DNA of 64,000 nt from Epithemia pelagica (Eukaryota; Protista; Bacillariophyta). The DNA is taken from positions 1,798,001 to 1,862,000 of the forward strand of contig OX337242.1 in NCBI GenBank assembly GCA_946965045.2, read 5' to 3'. Every line of letters begins with the position of its first letter. Position 1 is the first letter of the stretch. Made by a program: the position numbers and the translations under genes. The notes under the pieces were generated by a model. The model saw only the letters and a program-made list of their open reading frames with translations, did no database searches and was not told where the DNA came from. This document shows positions 1 to 10,600 of this stretch, piece by piece.

Positions 1-197
1 TGCCGGCAAGGAACAAAAAGGGAGAGAGAAAGTAATAGGAATGATTCCATCCAGAAGGATACGACCGTGTCTCCGTCCAATGACAATTAAGTTGAGGGGG
101 GAATATATGATTGATTCGCTTGGGACTCGGCAATTCCATTCACTGGAACCACCAAGAGAGAAGGAACCGACGCATATGGTTGTCCTGGTTTTTGTGT

Positions 198-1421
198 TTA
201 CCAAAAGGTTAATAGATTTTTGCGTTGGGGTTTTTCCACTGGTACCAGTTGCTGATTGCTTTCATTGGAATGACGACCACCCCCCTTGGAGGAGGATCCA
301 TTGGTCAAGGCCAAGGTGGTCTGGTTGGATTTTTTGGACTTGTGGTGGCTCGCCGGACTAGTGGTGAGTTGCAATCGTTGGGCTTCGGATTGTTGTGTAC
401 CATTGGTCAATCGTTTCGTTTTCGAATTGCCATTTTGTTTTTGGGCCCAATTCGGACGCTTGTCGGCACGATCCGAAACGCAGACAGTTTCCATGGATCC
501 ATCGGGTCGTTCCATTCTGGTTTCGGTAATGGTTTCCACGGTCCCATCGGCATGGCGAATCTGACGTTCCGTCGTGGACATGGTCAGGGGACGATTGTCT
601 CCCTCCCGACCCCGACTCGGAACCAAGGCCTTGCTGGAAGAAGCAGAGGAATGTTGTGGTTTGGACGAGGACTTGTTGTTGCTGTCGCGTTTGGTCAGGG
701 CGTGACTGGAACTCTTGCTGTGGTTCTTGTGGTGATCACGCTGGACGACCAGGTCCGTACTGGGACGCACCGATTCGCGAGAGGACGGGGACGAAGAGGA
801 ATAGGGTTGACTGGATCGTTGCGTCGGTGACGAAGGCGAGGACGACGAGGATGAGGAGTAGGGTGTGGATCGCGAGTGATTGTGGTTGTTGCTGTGGTTA
901 TTGCTGCTGCTTTTGATATTGTGATTGCTGCTGCTTTTGTGATTGCTACTGGAACCAGTGTGGCGACGATCACCCGATTCCAATCGTTTTTGTTTGGATT
1001 TGGAAGACGACGACGACGACGGAGGATGGTGAGTGTTGCCGGCAGTAGCACCGGTAAAGTCATAGTGCGATCCGGGGTAGGGAAATCCCATGCGTTCTTC
1101 AAAGTCTCGTTTAAAGACTTCATAGGGGGAATGAAAACACACATGGACGTTGCGACGATCATACCCTTGTGCCGTACCGGTCCGTTGGTGTTGCAATCGT
1201 TGCAAGGAATTGTATTCGCGGCGTTGCTCGGGATCCCTCAAGAGTTCGTAGGCATTGGAAAGTTTGGCAAACGTGGACACGGCCGCTTCTCGTTCGGCCG
1301 GTGTCGTTTTGCGATCTGGATGTTCCTTTAGGGCCAACTTGCGATAGGCAGTCTTAATGTCGGTGTCCGAGGCTGACGAGGACACGCCCAAGATGCGGTA
1401 CGGATCGTCTCCCTGTTCCAT
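198..1421 (-). CDS. DnaJ/Hsp40 J-domain protein with long Ser/His/Asn-rich disordered C-terminus
   Basis: MEQGDDPYRILGV...IKTAYRKLALKEHPDRK...FAKLSNAYELLRDPEQRREYN is a J-domain with the HPD motif. ATG at 1421 is preferred over the ORF-track start at 1652. Stop TAA at 198-200. Confidence 0.85.
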   Translation of the reverse strand: MEQGDDPYRILGVSSSASDTDIKTAYRKLALKEHPDRKTTPAEREAAVSTFAKLSNAYELLRDPEQRREYNSLQRLQHQRTGTAQGYDRRNVHVCFHSPYEVFKRDFEERMGFPYPGSHYDFTGATAGNTHHPPSSSSSSKSKQKRLESGDRRHTGSSSNHKSSSNHNIKSSSNNHSNNHNHSRSTPYSSSSSSSPSSPTQRSSQPYSSSSPSSRESVRPSTDLVVQRDHHKNHSKSSSHALTKRDSNNKSSSKPQHSSASSSKALVPSRGREGDNRPLTMSTTERQIRHADGTVETITETRMERPDGSMETVCVSDRADKRPNWAQKQNGNSKTKRLTNGTQQSEAQRLQLTTSPASHHKSKKSNQTTLALTNGSSSKGGGRHSNESNQQLVPVEKPQRKNLLTFW

Positions 1422-1910
1422 TCTTTCAAGTCTGTGCGGCTGCTGGAGTGAGGAGGATGGTGGTTTTGGGGAGGAAGGTCGTTGTGGAAACCAACGAATG
1501 CTGCTGCTGCAAAAGGCTTTTCCTTTACGACACGACAATAACGACAACAACAACAACCACAACAACAACAGACCAAAGACTGGTTGGCTCTTGTGTTGGC
1601 TCGGTTGATCGTAATCTCGTTGATTTGTGACAATGGTACGAAGCCAACACACAACACATACAAAGTATCACATTCCTCGCGCCGGCATGTGGTTGGGGGG
1701 ATTCATTTAAGTTTGGTTGGGCCTAAATCGTGTGTTCCCAACCCGTTCTTATGGACTGCTCTCTTTTAGTCGCGTATTTAGTTCGTGACTTGCCCATGTA
1801 ACTTATGAGTGACGATCCATCCGAGATTGAAGTCTCATCAAAGGCATCTCATATCTCATCGTTGGGTGCAGTTCAGGACAACAGATAAAACTCCATCACA
1901 CTCGACCATC

Positions 1911-3569
1911 ATGGCAGCACGATCGGGAACGAGTCCAAATGGCAGCTCCCAACCGGAGAAACCGTCGGCGGTGGCGGCAAAGAGTTCTCGTCACTCGGTA
2001 CGAGAACCATTGAATGTGGACCAGTTGGCGCTCTGGTTGATGGAGGTGCAAGAGGCATGGGTCCCCTTCTTTTTTGCACACCGTACTCCGTTCCTGGATT
2101 CCCTCCTGCTACGGAACAATCACCAAGTCTTGTCCTCCCATTTGGTGTTGCATCAGTTTGGATATGGACAATCCAATCCAACCTATCTGGTCAAACTCAT
2201 GAGGCATCAGAGGATAGCACCACCAAACACTACCAACCAACAGGCCGATCCTGCTGGCGATCATGACGATCATGACGATGATATTGTGTGTCAATTTGTC
2301 TTGCGCAAAAAGCCTGCCAAGGTGGCCCATGTCACGGCGCATGCCTTGCATCGTGAATTTCGTGTCTTGCAAGCCTTGCAACGATACAATCAATCGCTTT
2401 CTGAAGTAAACAAACACGAAACGGAGATTCCCATTCCCACCGTCTTGGCCTATTGTTCCCAAACGACAGTCGTGGGAGCCGAATTTTATATCATGGAGTA
2501 TGTCACGGGACGCATTTTCCACAATCCCTCTTTGCCCTTGGTGTTGTCGCCCGCCGATCGACACGCTGCCTATCGAGACATGGTTCGGGTCTTGGTGGCC
2601 CTTCACAAGGTACCCTATGCCCACATTGGATTGCACGATTTTGGAGGACGACCCTCCCCACACCACAATGACAACCACAACCACAACCACACGCTGCCAC
2701 GACAAGCAGGACCCGCACCACCACCTAAAACAAAGAGTTATGTGGAACGACAATTGGAACGCTTGACGGCCGTGAGTGAACAACAGGGCACGGTGGCACC
2801 CTGTCCGGAAATTCAAGTCTTGGCCCGTCAATTGCGTCATTACACACACTATTGTCCCTTTGAATCCACAGTCCACAACAACAACAACAATAACAAGAAC
2901 AAGAACGAGACGAGTGCGGCCACGACAATGGCCTTGATTCATGGCGATTTCAAGGTGGACAATCTCATGTTTCATCCGACGGAACCGCGGGTGGTGGCCA
3001 TTTTGGATTGGGAATTGTCTACTATTGGCAATGCCTTGTGTGATGTGGCCAATTTGTCCATGATGTACTTTATTCCATCGTCCAACAACAAAGCCATGGG
3101 ATTGCAAGGCATGGCGGGGTGGACGGATGCCGAGTATCGCTCGGCCGGCCTTTGGACGCGCTACGAATTGGTCGCCTTGTATACGTGGTTGTGGAATGCC
3201 GCATCGTCTCCCACCACCAACAACGACGACGGCATGTCCTTGTCAGTCCCATGGAGTCGCACAAGCTCGGCCACGCACGGCGTATCCGGACCATTGTCGT
3301 CGTCCGCATCCGCATCCGTGTGGTTGGACTTTGGCCTGGTATGGGATTGGAGTGGCTATTACTTGGCCTTTTTGTTTTTCAAAAATTGCGTCATTGTGCA
3401 AGGCGTGGCACAACGACACAAGGCCGGTGTGGCCAGTAGTCCCTTTGCCCAACAAGTTGCCGGCTTGTTGCAAACCATTGTGACCTTGACGGAAACCATT
3501 TTACACGAGTATCCACCACCACCGCCACCACCGACAAGCACAAGACAAGAGCCTCATAGTCGATTGTGA
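1911..3569 (+). CDS. APH-family phosphotransferase, ACAD10/ACAD11 N-terminal kinase-like, stand-alone, with C-terminal PTS1 (SRL)
   Basis: [72 protein letters not shown]; ends ...HSRL*. Likely ATG at 1911. Confidence 0.85.
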   Translation: MAARSGTSPNGSSQPEKPSAVAAKSSRHSVREPLNVDQLALWLMEVQEAWVPFFFAHRTPFLDSLLLRNNHQVLSSHLVLHQFGYGQSNPTYLVKLMRHQRIAPPNTTNQQADPAGDHDDHDDDIVCQFVLRKKPAKVAHVTAHALHREFRVLQALQRYNQSLSEVNKHETEIPIPTVLAYCSQTTVVGAEFYIMEYVTGRIFHNPSLPLVLSPADRHAAYRDMVRVLVALHKVPYAHIGLHDFGGRPSPHHNDNHNHNHTLPRQAGPAPPPKTKSYVERQLERLTAVSEQQGTVAPCPEIQVLARQLRHYTHYCPFESTVHNNNNNNKNKNETSAATTMALIHGDFKVDNLMFHPTEPRVVAILDWELSTIGNALCDVANLSMMYFIPSSNNKAMGLQGMAGWTDAEYRSAGLWTRYELVALYTWLWNAASSPTTNNDDGMSLSVPWSRTSSATHGVSGPLSSSASASVWLDFGLVWDWSGYYLAFLFFKNCVIVQGVAQRHKAGVASSPFAQQVAGLLQTIVTLTETILHEYPPPPPPPTSTRQEPHSRL

Positions 3570-4139
3570 CACTGTCAAAAAAATTTCTCGACGAGTATGT
3601 GTGATTGCGTTTCCGTGATGGTGAATCGACGGAATGACCGACAAACTCTCGGAGATAGGTATCTCCCAGATTGATTGGTTTGGTGTCGTTGTGCAAGGAC
3701 TGAGAAAATTCATTCGAGCCATTCCCTCTGGAGACCCAATAGATTCTAGTTATCGTCTGCAACCTGCATACAAAGAAGAAGGAACGCATCACTAATCACT
3801 AGGTATACTTCTGTGAGTCGACTACTCCTACCGAAGCTTCTTCCGTGGTATAGTCTCAATACCTAGGTAGGTACAATAGTCCTTTCTTCCCCACTTTTCG
3901 TCATACAATAAATGCGCGACCAGTACCCATTCTCTGGAAAAGATCACTGCAGATCAAAAATAAAGGGAGAGGTGTTGGTTGCCTCTCTGTTCATGTGTTG
4001 GTGCAACCTATCTTTTTGGTTTTATCGGGTTTCGTATTGTCTCGCTCTGCTCGTGGTACGCACTAGCATCGTTGGTTGGGCTTTGGTTCCGAGGAGTTGT
4101 TGTGGCTTTGCATTCTTCCACAACCAACAACACAAGGGC

Positions 4140-7130
4140 ATGTCCACAACGAGCCATCCTTCTTTGCCAGTGTCTCCCATTATTCCACCCAACAACTCGA
4201 ACAAAGTGACACCGTCTGATTCCTCATCTCCCCCACCAACATTGATGGATACGACTGGAGCTGTCAATTGTACGGTTCCCAACAAGACGCCCGCGACGAC
4301 AGCATTCGAGGACCAGACCACCAAGAACAACAACAACAACAACAACATGGTTGCGACCAAAGCAACGAGAATACAAGTCCGTAGGGCGGCAGGATCGCAA
4401 TCGTTGGAGAAATTAAAGGCCGTTCTAGCTACTGGATGGACACGAGAGGACTTGGATAACATGGCTCTCGAACCCAAGGCAAAAGAACAAATGAACGAGG
4501 AAGCCACACATTCTACTGCTTCCACGGGGCCACCACCCTTTGCCACGACGATCAATGGCAAGACCGCCTTGCATATGGCCGCCTCGACAGGCCATTTGGA
4601 CAATTTAAAGTATTTGGTACAAGACATGGGATGCAATGTCAATGTCATTGCCACTGGCATACACTCCTATGGCAAGACGGCCCTGTTTTTTGCCTGTACC
4701 AAAACTCGACCCCTTCATATGCAGTTCTTGTTGGACCATGGCGCACAGGTCAAGATTGTCAACAACAAGGGGCAGTCTGTACGATCCTTGGCGTACTCGC
4801 ATTTTGTGTTGAGCGACGATCAACCATCATCATCATCACTACAAACTGTCCACGATAGTATTGCTACGAGTCCTGACATGACCAAAACAAACATCTTGAA
4901 CAAGACCATTTGGCAACGCATTCAAGAATTAGAAGAGTCAGATCCGACTCCTTGGATCAACTACCGGAAAACCCATTCCGATGGCTTGATCTATGGCGAT
5001 TTGGATCCACGATTTGTGGATCCCTCCGTGGTTGGGGTGTCGACATTGGAGAAGACACCCCACTGGCCCTATTCGCTTCATCCCACAACGCGTGAAACTC
5101 GTCGTGGGAATTTTGCTCGCAACAATCCCAATTATGTGTCAAACGTTGACGCTGACGGTGATAGTACTACGCATAAATCTACCAAGAGCAAGAAACCGAA
5201 ACCTCCTCCGCGAAGATTGACCGAACAAGAACAAACCCAATTGGACGAATGGTGGCAGGCCCTTGCCACAGCTCTTTGCCATCGCAGACAAAACGCATCC
5301 GCAACAACACCAACCTTTGCGCAACTCAACCATCTAGATGCATCCGCTACCGCAGAGACAAGCCCTTCTTCTTCTCCGGAAAGTGCAGAAAAACTCTTGC
5401 TTGATATTTTGACACTGTGCGACCAACAAAACTATTCATGGTTACCAGAGGTAGTGTCCAAACTGTGTACTCTTTGGACCCGATCCTATGATGACGACAA
5501 AAAGCATTCCTGGATACCAGAGGTTTTGTCGAAACTGTGGACTCGACCATGTGACGACGACGACAACAACAACAACAAGAACAAAGACAATTGTCGATCC
5601 ACAATCACTACCCAAACCGAAGAATTGATTGCGTGGCTCAAGACAATTCCGCCACAATCGTGTCGACAGCATGTTTTGCTGTATAAATTAACCGAAACAA
5701 TTTGGAGAATTGCAACCGACCCAGCCGTCGACGATGACGACAACAACAACAACAACAACACGTCTAACTTATTGGCACCTTTACCAATGCTGAACAAAAA
5801 AGACTTTGTGGCGCCTCCATCTACCTCTGCGCAAGTCAATACCCAAAAGGAGAAGAAGCCCAGCATGGCACGTCAATCCTTACAGACAGGCTTGTGGCCT
5901 CAAGCCTGTCGTGCAGTTCAAGGATTGTCCTTTGTCCATTCCCTCTCTCACAAACCGGCACCCGCCATTATCGAACTTCCTGAATGGATGGTTCAACGGC
6001 AACGATGGAAGCAAAAACGGCTTCTACAAAAGCTGCAACCAAAAGAACGACTCGAACAAGAAGCAAGTAACAGTACCAGCATTTCCGCTACTCCACAATC
6101 CAACAACTACTCCACCATGGCGTCCACGCCCGAACCATTGTCCAACACCACCACCACCACCACCACCACAACAACAACGACATCAATTGACACCAAACAG
6201 CAGGAATCCGCCCTTCCTGTGCAAGAACCAGACACCACCATCGAGGAGTACCAAACGGTGACACCGACGGGGCGAATCTTGAGTCTCTTGGCTCCACCTA
6301 TCTGGATTGATTCCATTGAGGGATTGGAGCAACTTCGACAGACACTCGACTTACCGTCGACCTGTACCAGCACAAAAATAAGTACGAATACCGCAAATCA
6401 GACCCCCGCCCGAATGATTGTAGCAATGGACACAGAATGGACCAGTCACACTGAAATACCAAAAGAAGTGTCGGTATCCACTGTCCAACTCGCCATTGTC
6501 AAGCGAACAGCGAACGAAACGGAGGAAACACTTGTATTGAACCAACAACAACACGACATGCAACGTCCTGTTCTGGAAACATTTGTGGTGGACTTGTTGG
6601 TCGCCGAAAAAAACTCGGACTATCGGCGAGTCTGTCGTGAGTTGTTTTCCTCCTTGTTTGAAACTCATATTGTCTTGGGGTTTTCCTTTGGGAATGACAT
6701 TCCCAAGTTACAACAAAGTTTGACTCGACCATCCGAAGAAGACAAGGAATCGCTGACCCTTGCTAAAGAAAATGTGTTGGATTTGCAACGGCTTTGGCCA
6801 AAGAAAGAACAACCGGGGTTGGCAAAGTGTGCTGGCTTGTATTGTAATAGGAACCAGAACGACAGAATCAGCGATGATGAGAACTCTATGACAGAAGAAG
6901 AACACAGTCCAACAAAAGACACCGAGGATGTCAATCGCGAGAAAGACAACGATGGAACGAGTCGCTTGATACGCTTGTCCAAAGACCAGCAGTGCTCTAA
7001 TTGGAGACGACGACCCTTGCGACCCGAACAGCTGGAATATGCTGCCTTGGATGCCGCAGTGCTTTTGGTTATCCTTGCCGAAAAGGCGCGATCAGACTGT
7101 GAGGAATCAAATAACAGCAGTATTCCATGA
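4140..7130 (+). CDS. Ankyrin-repeat + DEDDy 3'-5' exonuclease (Mut-7/EXD3/WRN-exo-like) fusion protein
   Basis: ANK repeats GKTALHMAASTGHLDNLKYLV and GKTALFFAC...FLLDHGAQVKIVNNKGQS. Exonuclease motifs MDTEW (Exo I), GFSFGNDIPKL (Exo II) and SNWRRRPLRPEQLEYAALDA (Exo III). Likely ATG at 4140. Confidence 0.8.
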   Translation: MSTTSHPSLPVSPIIPPNNSNKVTPSDSSSPPPTLMDTTGAVNCTVPNKTPATTAFEDQTTKNNNNNNNMVATKATRIQVRRAAGSQSLEKLKAVLATGWTREDLDNMALEPKAKEQMNEEATHSTASTGPPPFATTINGKTALHMAASTGHLDNLKYLVQDMGCNVNVIATGIHSYGKTALFFACTKTRPLHMQFLLDHGAQVKIVNNKGQSVRSLAYSHFVLSDDQPSSSSLQTVHDSIATSPDMTKTNILNKTIWQRIQELEESDPTPWINYRKTHSDGLIYGDLDPRFVDPSVVGVSTLEKTPHWPYSLHPTTRETRRGNFARNNPNYVSNVDADGDSTTHKSTKSKKPKPPPRRLTEQEQTQLDEWWQALATALCHRRQNASATTPTFAQLNHLDASATAETSPSSSPESAEKLLLDILTLCDQQNYSWLPEVVSKLCTLWTRSYDDDKKHSWIPEVLSKLWTRPCDDDDNNNNKNKDNCRSTITTQTEELIAWLKTIPPQSCRQHVLLYKLTETIWRIATDPAVDDDDNNNNNNTSNLLAPLPMLNKKDFVAPPSTSAQVNTQKEKKPSMARQSLQTGLWPQACRAVQGLSFVHSLSHKPAPAIIELPEWMVQRQRWKQKRLLQKLQPKERLEQEASNSTSISATPQSNNYSTMASTPEPLSNTTTTTTTTTTTTSIDTKQQESALPVQEPDTTIEEYQTVTPTGRILSLLAPPIWIDSIEGLEQLRQTLDLPSTCTSTKISTNTANQTPARMIVAMDTEWTSHTEIPKEVSVSTVQLAIVKRTANETEETLVLNQQQHDMQRPVLETFVVDLLVAEKNSDYRRVCRELFSSLFETHIVLGFSFGNDIPKLQQSLTRPSEEDKESLTLAKENVLDLQRLWPKKEQPGLAKCAGLYCNRNQNDRISDDENSMTEEEHSPTKDTEDVNREKDNDGTSRLIRLSKDQQCSNWRRRPLRPEQLEYAALDAAVLLVILAEKARSDCEESNNSSIP

Positions 7131-7624
7131 ACATCAGACAGATATCAAGGAAGTCTGGTGTATGGTGTCTCGTGGCAAGAGGGATAAGGAACATTATGTT
7201 CCAATTCAAGAAGAAGTATGGTTCGCTAATAAGGAAAGGACTCTGCACGATCAACGCATTCATACAAGCTTTGTTCCGTTTGTGATTTGAGGAGCAAAGG
7301 ATTATGCTTTCTGCGTCCGGGACATCCCCTTAGACCGAGCGCTGACATTCTCAAGCCGTCAAGAACGGCCGCTCTGAATGTCTGAAATTGGTTTTCATGT
7401 GCAAAATACCCATAATTGTCGTGACTCTCACAGGACGAGATAAATAGAGCAGGGGTATAGGAAAATTGCTAGTATGTGATGAAATAGTTAATAGATTAGT
7501 GATAAATTAAACATGTAGAGGAATCGCATGAAACACTGGAAATCGAATCGAAACCAGGACAGATTTCGACGAGCCACTCAAAGACTGGAGATAAGATCAT
7601 TCTTCGCCTTCTGCGTCATGATCT

Positions 7625-10600
7625 TTATGCCACTTGACGAATGGCGAAGTTGTCCACAAGCGCATCCATGGCGATCGGGAAGTTTCTAATTTGAATGACG
7701 GCTGATACTGGACCGTCCCACGTAGGCGTGGATGGGAGAGTCAACGTCGATCGGAACGCATTCCATCCCTCCGAATTCCAAGCCGAATTGACGTAGTCTC
7801 GAAGATCCTGGTCAACGATTGGTGTGCCATCAATTTTGTCAATTTTGACGCGGACTGCCGGACAAGCATCCTCGTGAATGGGCGCCAATGGATCGAGGTT
7901 GCAGGCCATTTGCTGTCCCGTGGCAGCGTCCAACACTTTAAATTCAGCCACAATTTCCAACACAGAACCGGGCACAAGACATCGAGTATCCAAATAGGAA
8001 GCAGTAGTGTACCGTGGTCCATGTCCTGACCGCTCTCGACCATGGACAAGCATTGCCCCCCATACATCGTCATATCCTGGAGTTGTCCATTCGACAGTTC
8101 CAGAACCTACAGGTGCCCAAAACGATGTAATTCCCATTCGCATATCTCCATTCACCAACATGTTGGTGCCGCATTCTTTGGGCTTGAAATGTACGGACAC
8201 GATACTCACATGATATTCAATGTCAGGATTGAGATTTTCGATCTGCATCGAAAGGTAGTCAGCTTGAGCCTGATCCTGCGATGCGGTGAAAACACCATAG
8301 AGAGTACGACTGGACGATTGCGCATGAGGAGGATTTTCAAGAATCTGGCCAAAACGTATTCCTCCAACAGTGTCCCCATTCTTTACGCCAACCAATTTCG
8401 CCACAGGACATTCCAGTCCATTATCGCTACCCATAGGGTCACAGTACACGATTTGGTCGTTTCGGAATAGGCTGAACTGAATGTGGACATCGTACAGCTC
8501 TCCGACCTCAAAACATTTCTTCTTTAAGAATACTCGCCCAGAAGTACCATTCGAAAGGACCAAGCTCGTTTTGCCTGAGCGACTCGACATCGACATTTCC
8601 GCAGCACTTTCGGACCAAAACTTGGCCGTTCCAAACGAAAAGTCTCCATTCTCAACCAGGTTCCCACTACAAACATTATCGACTGGCATGAGAGTCATGG
8701 AAACGTCGTCCAGCACCATTGAAACGTCATCGCGGTTCCGTCTAACAGCAAATTCGACCTTATCACTTCCACTCAGCTCTTCATCCATGGCAAGAACCCC
8801 GTGGAGCAAGTGAAAGTCTCCATGCAAAGTCTGGGGCACAACGCTTGCCACTGCCGGAAGTGTCCTTGAATCCGTCGAAATTCGAACTTCGGGGCACCCT
8901 AGCCCATCCATACCACACCTAATGGGTGATCCTCGTTCATCAATTAGTTTCACCCATGCTTGAATCTCGTAGAAGCGGCCATGAGACAATGGCAAACAGC
9001 GGGAGTCCAAGAATTGAGATATTGTGTCACGGATAGTTTGTGCAGGTGCATCAGAAAGCGCAGTAGACCCATCAATTCCCACACCGGATACAAGTGCCAG
9101 TCCTCCGGACCTTTCCAACCAACCATCCAAGGATTCCGAATTCCCATTCCTGATCAAGTCGTGGCACCCTAACTCGTCGACGGTTGGGATGCCGAGTTGA
9201 ATATCGCCTTCATTGAAGCCACCCACGCACAAATTTGGTTGGATGGCTTCGATGACAAACGTGGGCCACACTTCCTGGCCTGATTTCGCATCTACAAAAG
9301 AAACATCGTACGATCCTTGGGGGAGATGGGCGTTGTAGACACGAAGATTATCGGCGCTTGTGGGATCTGATTCAGGATTGGTGTACCCTTGGATCAGATC
9401 GCAAACTGATCCTGTGTTCTGGCACACCTGTAGCATGAAGTCCTTGGTTGCTGATGGATCAGTTTCAAAACGTATGGTTCGAAAACATGACTCACAGTAA
9501 GCAAAACAACCTCCGTTCTGGGACTGGCAACTTGTGGGATGGACGAACGTCATCAGCGCCGGGCTGACAAACGAGCCAGGTTCATTGCCATTTGAATTGA
9601 AACTGCCGTCTTTGTCGACCATGTACCCCTGAACATTTTGATTTACCGCAGGGCAGAAATCAAAGATTGCCATCTGGTCAACAATCTGAACTTGCTCAAA
9701 AGTCGTGATGTAGTCAAATACGCCCAGTCTCGTCTGGAAACACACAATGTGAGAAGACGCAAATTTGCATCGATACTCTATATCAACCATATGGCACTTA
9801 CATCATCGTCAAGCTTGACATGTGCTACATGGCCACATGTCCCGTAATCAAAGCCCGCAAATGTGGTATTGGACACAACCGCACCATTTTTCCCGGCCCG
9901 ACGAACAAAGGTGTGCATTTCAATGCCAACCAATTCATCCTGGAAGCTACAGACCGACGGTGAACCTTGAAGCGTGACAATATCTCTGTAGAGACTTGTC
10001 TGACCAACAATTGTTACATTTTTCAATTCGATGTCATCAGCTTGGTCCAGATCAATAGCCACCCCATTATCGGCGAAAACACTGTTCACAATATCAATGT
10101 TGTCAGTCTGGTGAAAGAACAAGCCTTTGTTGCTGTTTTTGTACGAAAGAAATCCTATGAAACTCGCTTTCTCGTCTGGAATGAATCCATGTGGATAAGT
10201 ACGCAGGCCCCTCTGTCAAGGTGGAATTTTGTAAGAAGTAAACCTCTTTCACCTTTTGCCTGCGATATACAAACTTACATCCCGGTTACTGTGGGCCACA
10301 TTGTCTTGAAACTGCCCCAACGGCGAAAATTTGGGGTTGAGATCGGGATACATGCTTGCTTTATTGCCTCTCAAGGACAACTCAAACCAGAAACCTGAGC
10401 CCTCGGAACCTGCTGCAACATTTCCCACAAATTTATTCGTTGGATTTGAAATCCAGAACGTGGCAGGGGTCTGAACAACACAGAAAAAATGATGTGTTGA
10501 GTAAAGAGTTAAGCAGCATCACCGAGGCAAAGCAACCACTGAAACATACCGCATCAGACTCCCTTCCATTAAAACCGTTATCAGGAATAACATTCTCGAC

